A stretch of DNA of 14,386 bases from an uncultured archaeon (GTDB taxonomy: Archaea > Asgardarchaeota > Lokiarchaeia > Sigyniarchaeales > SOKP01), in assembly GCA_964525635.1 (NCBI GenBank), contig CAZGJX010000075.1, positions 1 to 14,386 on the forward strand. The letters are read 5' to 3'. A model generated the notes under the pieces. The model searched no databases. It saw only the letters and a program-made list of their open reading frames with translations, and was not told the origin of the DNA. The stretch's first letter is position 1, and each line of letters begins with the position of its first letter. The translations under genes and the position numbers were made by a program. Shown piece by piece: positions 8,127-14,386 of the stretch.

Positions 8127-9173
8127 TTAATTCATCAGAAATATCATCAAACTCAAATTAAAGTAGAATAATTGATACGAACTAACCATTATTCTTTCGA
8201 TTAGACCCTTGTATTTGCTTTGTGCGAGGATACCCGATACAATAACAAGAATTACAGATAAAATTGCTGAAATAAGTGAATATATAGCAAAACCACTCCA
8301 AGCAGGTACTGACTGTAAACGGAACCAAAGTGCTACCATCCCAATAATAGTTAATATTCCTGATGCAACTACAAGAATTAGATGCATTTTTCCCTTGAAA
8401 GTTATTATTTCACCTCCTTCATCAAGAGGGTAAAAAAAAAGCAACGAGTATTCCTAAAATTGAACTAATTAAAAAGAGAATAGGTCCTAGAATTGACCCT
8501 CCTCCATCAGTTATACCTTCATGTAATCCAAGATAAAATACAAACAATAAAACACTTGAACATATAATAAATGATTGTGCTAACCGTTTGTTAGGGGCTC
8601 CAACAGCAAAAAGCGAACTTATATCGTTTCGAATATGACTATAATCTTTTTGTAGTTTACCGAAAAGAATCCACATAAGAATAAACCCATAGTATCTAAA
8701 AAAATAGACAAATCTGGACACTATAAAAATCCATATATGATTTAGATATAATATTCTTTGGCTATTTATAACACTCTTAATAGAAAATTATCACTATCTT
8801 CTCATTTAAAAACTAGTATGACATATAATAGAATAATGACATTAGGAGCTGATTTAACAATAGAAAAATAATACGTAATTGGATTGAAAATTATAATTTC
8901 TCTGATGATTGGAAGTGATTTGGATTAGAAAATATATTATTGAGGATTTCCCTCGATTGTGGAAAAAGAATCCCGTTTCGGGAAAGAATATGATATTCGC
9001 TTTTCGAGATAGCTATATGTTATTCTCGAGACCGTCCGTTGTCGGTCACTCAGGCATCTATTTAAAGATGTAAAAGAAAAAAAAATTTGTCCAGAAATGT
9101 CCAGATTTTTTACAACGGTATATACAATTGGACTAAACATTCCACACAATGCAAGAATCCTAAAAAGAATTAT
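8127..9173 (-). pseudogene. DUF998-family membrane protein, split by an insertion (8686-9118) and a homopolymer frameshift (A9 at 8432-8440)
   Basis: Deleting 8684-9120 joins RILALCGMFSPIVY in frame to ILMWILFGKLQKDYSHIRNDISSLFAVGAPN. Removing one T of the T9 tract gives VAFFYPLDEGG...GKMHLILV...GLIERI. The YS...ISSL..VGAP, MH and GL.ER motifs fit DUF998. The likely start is ATA at 9173, after a GAGGT RBS. Confidence 0.8.
8686..9118. mobile_element. ~433-bp non-autonomous MITE-like insertion (no transposase), CC...GG termini, subterminal TCTGGACA motifs
   Basis: Interrupts the DUF998-like gene, and excision restores the frame. The ends (C)CCATAGTATCTAAAAAAATAGACAAATCTGGACA and CCGTTGTAAAAAATCTGGACATTTCTGGACA (reverse complement) form an imperfect inverted repeat. 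Flanks are TAAA/TATA (imperfect 4-bp or TA duplication). The right end is also present at 22-54. Confidence 0.72.
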
Positions 9174-9301
9174 AATAACCTCTTTTTCTATTTTTCTATT
9201 GGTTTAATCACATATATAACATTACATTTAGAATATAATTTAAAGTAAAAATATATCTATATTTATATTCTTTTATGTTTTTCACATAATACTGCTGATA
9301 T

Positions 9302-9426
9302 CTTTATACGAGGATGTTAGATATAATTACAAAAATTAATTATGTTGTTACTAAAATAAGTGAATATATAACAAAAACACTCCAAGCAGGTACTGATTGT
9401 AAATGGAATCAAAGCGCTAACATCCC
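9302..9426 (-). pseudogene. Decayed fragment of a second DUF998-like gene
   Basis: Ungapped 125-bp match to 8218-8342 (about 100/125 identical by hand count). The TGG codon of LWF is TGA here. Confidence 0.8.
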
Positions 9427-9480
9427 TTCAATGTATGAAATAAGGAGTACTGAAATGAGAATTATAACTACTACTACATA

Positions 9481-10059
9481 TCATCTTCTTTTATTCCAAT
9501 CAATTCCTTTAATACAAATACTTGTATTAACAGAACCATCCCATTCCACATTAAGATCATATTTTTTAATCGTCTGGAAAATTATATTACCGATTTCAAG
9601 AGCATCCTCATCTGTTCCACTTATGGAATCATAAGATAGATAAAGGGTACCCAATTCACAATCACGTTCAGTATCCTATGAATGATAGAAAGTATAACCA
9701 ATTGGTTTTGAATGCTCCTTAAATATCTTAATTTCATAACCAATTTCAGAATGACCACAATTATTACAACAGGCAAAGTTTTGTCGTGCTACAATACCTT
9801 TTTCCTCTAATTTTGCAAATATATCATCGATTTTATCACAATCAGTGGGATCTTTCCATGTATTTTGCTCTTTATCATGTTGACTGAAGAGTTTATCTAT
9901 TAAACTTTCAATATAAATTGTTTGATCATCTCTCTCATATTCCTCCTCAACCATTTCTACTAAAATTTCAATTATATCTTCTCTAATTTCGAAACCTGCT
10001 TTAACTCTATATTCAATCTGTTCTTGTATATTTTTTTTTATTTCATTAGTATCGACCAT
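9481..10059 (-). pseudogene. DUF6891-like protein with one in-frame TAG (9676-9678)
   Basis: LEEKGIVARQNFACCNNCG...GYTFYHS* then in-frame DTERDCELGTLYLSYDS...ALEIGNNI...LNVEWDGSVNTSICIKGIDWNKRR* to TGA 9481-9483. The TAG sits where FYHxQD would have Gln. Confidence 0.75.
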
Positions 10060-10216
10060 AATATCTCATAACTTTTTGGTATTTTAAATATTTCCTTTTA
10101 AATATAGGAATCTTTATCTATTACCTTTATGTATTAGATTATATTTTTCTAAATAATTATAGAATATATAAATTTTTGAAAATTTAGATTAAAAAAACAA
10201 CGATGTAGTTTATGAA

Positions 10217-10477
10217 ATGGATGCAATTAGTGGTATTCTATTTACTGAAATCTCAGGGAAGGGATCTAGATCTGAAGGATTAAAATAATATATTAAACCT
10301 ATAGATGATTACGCTAATAGATGGGAGAAAATTCTTATAAGAAAAAAAACCCATTTATGGGAAGAAGATCCAGCACTACATAAATTTATTGATAAAAAAG
10401 TCTCAATTTCTGGTGTAATAATTGAAACTAAAAGTACGATTACTATTGACTATGAATCAGTGAAAGAAATAAGATAA
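10217..10477 (+). pseudogene. Small (86-codon) hypothetical beta-rich/OB-fold-like protein with one in-frame TAA (10286-10288); absent from the ORF track
   Basis: MDAISGILFTEISGKGSRSEGLK*YIKPIDDYANRWEKILIRKKTHLWEEDPALHKFIDKKVSISGVIIETKSTITIDYESVKEIR* reads as one protein-like frame across a single stop. Confidence 0.6.
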
Positions 10478-10559
10478 ATCGGGTATTTTTTTCCTAAATT
10501 GGAATTAATTTTAATAAATAGAATAATAATAAAAAAAAAAATTGAGAGTATTAAACGAT

Positions 10560-12905
10560 TCAATATTTTTTAATTTTTTTTTTGTAGACTAGAACGACAG
10601 TGAATATAATAGATATCGATGAAATAGCTAACAGAAGTAACAAATCTGGTCCTGAAATATTATTTATATTTACTCTTATCGTCACTTCAACTTGATCTGT
10701 AATAAAATAACCTCTCCTATCTGTTATATTCATTCTATAAGTGTATTCTCCAAGACCTATCCCATCATCCTCCTCATCATGGAGCACATATCTAATTTTT
10801 CCTCCACTTGACCAAGAGGTTGGCCCTTCAACGATACCTGTTCCTTCAAGTGTAATTGTATAAGTATCTGGATTACGATCAGTTGCTGTCCAAATAAGAG
10901 GTTCAGAAACAAAATTTCGTGTTAAGGTAATATCGCTTGGTTTTAAATTTATTTCCGGAGGTTTAAAATCAGTAATACTCACCTGTATTACACCTAAACC
11001 CATTCCACTACAAGCAACATATGCATAATCTCCACTTATATGTATATCCTTTGCACCAGTACCCGCTTCACGATAAATGGGAGTTCCTGGATTTGTAGGA
11101 TTTGATATATCTATAGCCCAAAGTGCCCATCCAGCTCCAAGATAAGCATAATCTCCACTTATATAAACATCATCAGGAACTTGTTGTGAAGTAATATTTA
11201 CAAAGATTGGAGTTCCTGGATTTATAGGATCAGTGATATCTACAACAACTAGACCAGTATTTAAATCATTAAGATTATAATAAGCTATATAAGCATAATT
11301 TCCACTCACACATATTCCATTCGCTACAATATTTATATCGTAATAAATAGGTGTTCCTGGATTTTTAGGATTTGAAATATCTATTATAGCTAAACCAGCA
11401 TAACTATTAGCAATATATGCATAATCACCACTTATATATATTTTATTTGTATAATCAGTAGTATTACAATATATTGGAGTTCCTGGATTTGTAGGATCTG
11501 AAATATCTATAATAGCTAAACCACAATTTATTCCTTGATAATCATGATATGTAAGATACGCATAATCTCCACTCACATATATTCCTCTTGTTGTTTCATA
11601 TATATTCTGATATATAGGTGTTCCTGGATTTGTAGGATCTGAAATATCTATTATGGCTAATCCTACATCACCATTAGCAATATATGCATAATTTCCACTT
11701 ATATAAATATCATATGCAGTACCCGTAGTATCTCTAAATATAGGTGTCCCTGGATTAGATGGATCTGATATATTAATGATCGCTAAACCTTCCCAATCAT
11801 TAGCTATATACGCATAATCTCCGCTTACATATACTCCTCTTGCTGTGTCGTCGGTGCTTCTATATACATTAGTACCTGTATTTATTGGATATGACACATA
11901 TATAATAGCTAATCCTGCATCATCATTAGCAACATATACATAACTCCCACTTTTAAAACCATCATATGCAATACCATTTGTATCAGTATATTCATGAATA
12001 TCTGGATTTTTCGGATTTGCAATATATATAATAGCTAAACCTGAAGATCCACCTGTAACATATGCATAATCTCCACTTATATAAATTCCCAAAGCATAAC
12101 CAATTGTATCTTCATACATAGGAGCTCCTGGATTTGTAGGATCAGAGATATCTATTATAGCTAAACCAGCATATCCATTAGCAACATATGCATAATCTCC
12201 ACTTATATAAACACCCATAGCCTCACCAATTGTATCTTCATACACAGGAGTTCCTGGATTTGTAGGATCAGAGATATCTACAACAGCTAGACCAGAAGCA
12301 CTATCAGCAATGTATGCATAATCTCCATCTATATAAACATCCATAGCACCACTAATTGTATCCTCATACACAGGAGTTCCTGGATTTGTAGGATCAGAGA
12401 TGTTTATAACAGCTAGACCAGAATCACCATCAGCAATATATGCATAATCTCCACTTATATAAACATCATATGCAAGTCCCGTAGTATCTTCATACACAGG
12501 AGTTCCTGGATCCGTAGGATCAGAGATGTTTATAACAGCTAGACCAGAATCACCATCAGCAACATATGCATAATCTCCACTTATATAAACACTCATAGCA
12601 TCACCAATTGTATCCTCATATACAGGAGTTCCTGGATTTGTAGGATCAGTGATATCTACAACAGCTAGACCAGAAGCACCATCAGCAACATATGCATAAT
12701 CTCCATCTATATAAATACCATAAGAATTACCCTTAGTATCCTGCTCATATGTATCTAATGCATTATTCTTTAATACAGTATTATTATCTATACTTATTGC
12801 ATAATTAGTTGATATTGGAATGAATAAAAAGCATATCATTACTATCAGTGCTGTAAGTATACAAAAAACTCGAGCTTTTAAATTAAGACTATATTTTTTC
12901 TTCAA
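10560..12905 (-). CDS. LVIVD-repeat cell-surface protein with Ig-like stalk and C-terminal TM anchor (Loki-CTERM-like)
   Basis: TTG start after a GTGA RBS, signal peptide, about 14 repeats of GDYAYVADG.SGLAVIDISDPTNP, a D..PP.I Ig-like domain, and an ISGP-hydrophobic-KKKIKKY tail. Confidence 0.9.
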   Translation of the reverse strand: MKKKYSLNLKARVFCILTALIVMICFLFIPISTNYAISIDNNTVLKNNALDTYEQDTKGNSYGIYIDGDYAYVADGASGLAVVDITDPTNPGTPVYEDTIGDAMSVYISGDYAYVADGDSGLAVINISDPTDPGTPVYEDTTGLAYDVYISGDYAYIADGDSGLAVINISDPTNPGTPVYEDTISGAMDVYIDGDYAYIADSASGLAVVDISDPTNPGTPVYEDTIGEAMGVYISGDYAYVANGYAGLAIIDISDPTNPGAPMYEDTIGYALGIYISGDYAYVTGGSSGLAIIYIANPKNPDIHEYTDTNGIAYDGFKSGSYVYVANDDAGLAIIYVSYPINTGTNVYRSTDDTARGVYVSGDYAYIANDWEGLAIINISDPSNPGTPIFRDTTGTAYDIYISGNYAYIANGDVGLAIIDISDPTNPGTPIYQNIYETTRGIYVSGDYAYLTYHDYQGINCGLAIIDISDPTNPGTPIYCNTTDYTNKIYISGDYAYIANSYAGLAIIDISNPKNPGTPIYYDINIVANGICVSGNYAYIAYYNLNDLNTGLVVVDITDPINPGTPIFVNITSQQVPDDVYISGDYAYLGAGWALWAIDISNPTNPGTPIYREAGTGAKDIHISGDYAYVACSGMGLGVIQVSITDFKPPEINLKPSDITLTRNFVSEPLIWTATDRNPDTYTITLEGTGIVEGPTSWSSGGKIRYVLHDEEDDGIGLGEYTYRMNITDRRGYFITDQVEVTIRVNINNISGPDLLLLLAISSISIIFTVVLVYKKKIKKY
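12040..12720. repeat. 126-bp tandem coding repeats (42-aa LVIVD units)
   Basis: TATGCATAATCTCCA occurs at 12061, 12187, 12313, 12439, 12565 and 12691, an exact 126-bp period. Confidence 0.95.
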
Positions 12906-13081
12906 TATTTATCACTTTATACTTATTGATTTCATTTATATAAAAGTATAATTAAATTTTCTCCATATTAAATTAAAATTGAATTTACTAATTTTGATAT
13001 TATATTTTTATTTTTAAAGTTTGGGGATTTTTGATTTTATGATTTATGTTAAATATTACTGGATTATTATTACTTTATTGA

Positions 13082-14386
13082 TTAAATGATATTAATAAAA
13101 GTTATAATCAAATTCATAGTTCTCTTTTTTTTTTCTCTTAGGAAAATAAAAATTATTATTGAAAATCCAATACATCCAATCAATATGACTGGATGATATC
13201 CCAAAATACTTGGAGCGTTATCATCTCTTTTAAACCAATAATCTTTCAAAATGATTTCAAAATCTAAGGTATGTCTAGAATTTACAGTACCATTATAGTG
13301 ATAATAGGATAAAAGCCCTGTAGATTTATCCCATTTTTCATGAATGCTATAGTTTTCATTCATTGCATGGTATCCAAAAGTTGTTGCATTGTTAATGATT
13401 TCTACTTCTGGGTCCCCAAATATAAATTGACCATGACCCTGATACCATAAAGCTATATCATCCCATGTCCAACTTGCACTAGGTGGGCGAACTTCACGGA
13501 TCCAAAAAGGACCTTCAACTGGAATGCCGGGAATTATTTCAGGATTACCATAATACCAGTTTGGATCTCCATCATGACCATCGGATATAATTGTAACATT
13601 TGACCATGATAAACCATTTGTAGAAGAAACATACATTATTTCTGTATCTGGATAACTACCCCAAAATCCATTTGTTGTTTCCATCCAAACAACATGAATT
13701 CCTCCCGAACTATTGACTGCGATAGAGGGAAAAAAACTATCACCATCATTCCAATATATTCCATTATATCCATCTGAAATAACAGTAGCATTTGACCATC
13801 CCAATCCATATGTGTAATTCGAGTACATAATCTCAAGATCAGTTCCCCAATCACCTTCAGTATAATCCTGCCATACTAAATGAAGATTTTCCAATGAATC
13901 TATAGTAATACCTGGAAAATTACTACTCTTAGTATTCCAATATATACCATTAAGGCCATCTGAAATAACAGACGCATTTGACCATCCTAAACCATTGGTA
14001 TAATTAGTATACAATATTTCTTTATCATCGGTTAAATGTGTCCAAATCCCTTCTGAATTATCATCCCAAACAACATGAATAACATTTGAATTGTCAACAA
14101 CAATAGCAGGATTTAAACTATCACCATCATTCCAATGAGTTATATCATCTGAAATAACTGTTGCATTTGACCATCCCACTCCTTCTGTATAGGATGAATA
14201 CATTATTTCTGTATCATTTCCCCAGATGCCCTCTGTAGTATCCTCCCAGACAACGTGAATATAATTTAAATTATCAACAGCGATAGCAGGATTTTTACTA
14301 ATACCATCATTCCAATATACTCCATTAAAACCATCTGAAATAACTGTTGCATTTGACCATCCCACTCCTTCTGTATAGGATGAATA
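13082..14386 (-). CDS. Repeat-rich (BNR/beta-propeller-like) surface glycoprotein with C-terminal TM anchor (Loki-CTERM-like); 5'-partial
   Basis: The frame is open to the window end. ~62-aa repeats WSNATVISDG...WN.G.S..P.IAVD....IHVVW.D.T.G.WG.D.EIMY, many N-x-S/T sequons, and a PSILGY-hydrophobic-REKKKR tail. Confidence 0.85.
   Translation of the reverse strand, partial: YSSYTEGVGWSNATVISDGFNGVYWNDGISKNPAIAVDNLNYIHVVWEDTTEGIWGNDTEIMYSSYTEGVGWSNATVISDDITHWNDGDSLNPAIVVDNSNVIHVVWDDNSEGIWTHLTDDKEILYTNYTNGLGWSNASVISDGLNGIYWNTKSSNFPGITIDSLENLHLVWQDYTEGDWGTDLEIMYSNYTYGLGWSNATVISDGYNGIYWNDGDSFFPSIAVNSSGGIHVVWMETTNGFWGSYPDTEIMYVSSTNGLSWSNVTIISDGHDGDPNWYYGNPEIIPGIPVEGPFWIREVRPPSASWTWDDIALWYQGHGQFIFGDPEVEIINNATTFGYHAMNENYSIHEKWDKSTGLLSYYHYNGTVNSRHTLDFEIILKDYWFKRDDNAPSILGYHPVILIGCIGFSIIIFIFLREKKKRTMNLIITFINII
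14146..14386. repeat. Perfect 55-bp direct repeat (14146-14200 = 14332-14386), 186-bp period
   Basis: CATCTGAAATAACTGTTGCATTTGACCATCCCACTCCTTCTGTATAGGATGAATA occurs twice; the second copy runs to the window end. Confidence 0.9.

Noticed and set aside
8209-8433. + strand 74-aa ORF resembling the start of ORF 9314-9634
   Set aside because: Both are antisense readings of the DUF998-like sequence and its duplicated fragment. 9314-9634 also overlaps the DUF6891-like C-terminus antisense.
8432-8440. A9 tract as a phase-variation switch
   Set aside because: The gene is already broken by an insertion, so slippage after inactivation or sequencing error is more likely.
9030-9056. Hammerhead ribozyme core (CTGAGTGA on the minus strand)
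   Set aside because: Does not match CUGANGA, and the following stem is not followed by GAAA.
8937-9149. 70-aa ORF as an independent gene or transposase
   Set aside because: Chimera of the DUF998-like N-terminus and the inserted element; no transposase motif.
12040-12720. Regular DNA repeats as a CRISPR array or DGR template/variable pair
   Set aside because: The period is 126 bp, in frame and protein-coding, with no unique spacers and no cas or reverse transcriptase gene in the window.
13636-13854. 72-aa minus-strand ORF
   Set aside because: Off-frame shadow inside the repeat surface protein.

Overview
AT-rich window with archaeal-type TATA boxes, GTGA/GAGGT ribosome-binding sites, IxG(Y/P)-TM-basic C-terminal anchors and a triple winged-helix regulator. 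These are most consistent with an Asgard archaeon (Lokiarchaeia-like; inference). The centrepiece is a cellulose-related locus. It has an intact 1038-aa membrane protein (signal peptide, GH9, CBM3c-like, 2xFN3, TM, ~130-aa cytoplasmic tail) whose GH9 catalytic residues are systematically replaced, encoded 41 bp upstream of a triple-wHTH regulator. Divergent from it is a decayed GH5 cellulase gene, and both divergent promoters carry the same 37-bp motif (32/37 identical) overlapping the TATA box. This looks like an archaeal transmembrane polysaccharide sensor/regulator pair, analogous to clostridial RsgI/sigma-I. The window also holds an SBBP beta-propeller with a type I dockerin, an alpha/beta hydrolase, and LVIVD- and BNR-like repeat surface proteins. 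A ~433-bp MITE-like insertion with a GC-rich multi-hairpin core splits a DUF998-like gene, and a related element end lies at the window start. Several small pseudogenes are clustered at 8127-10477.
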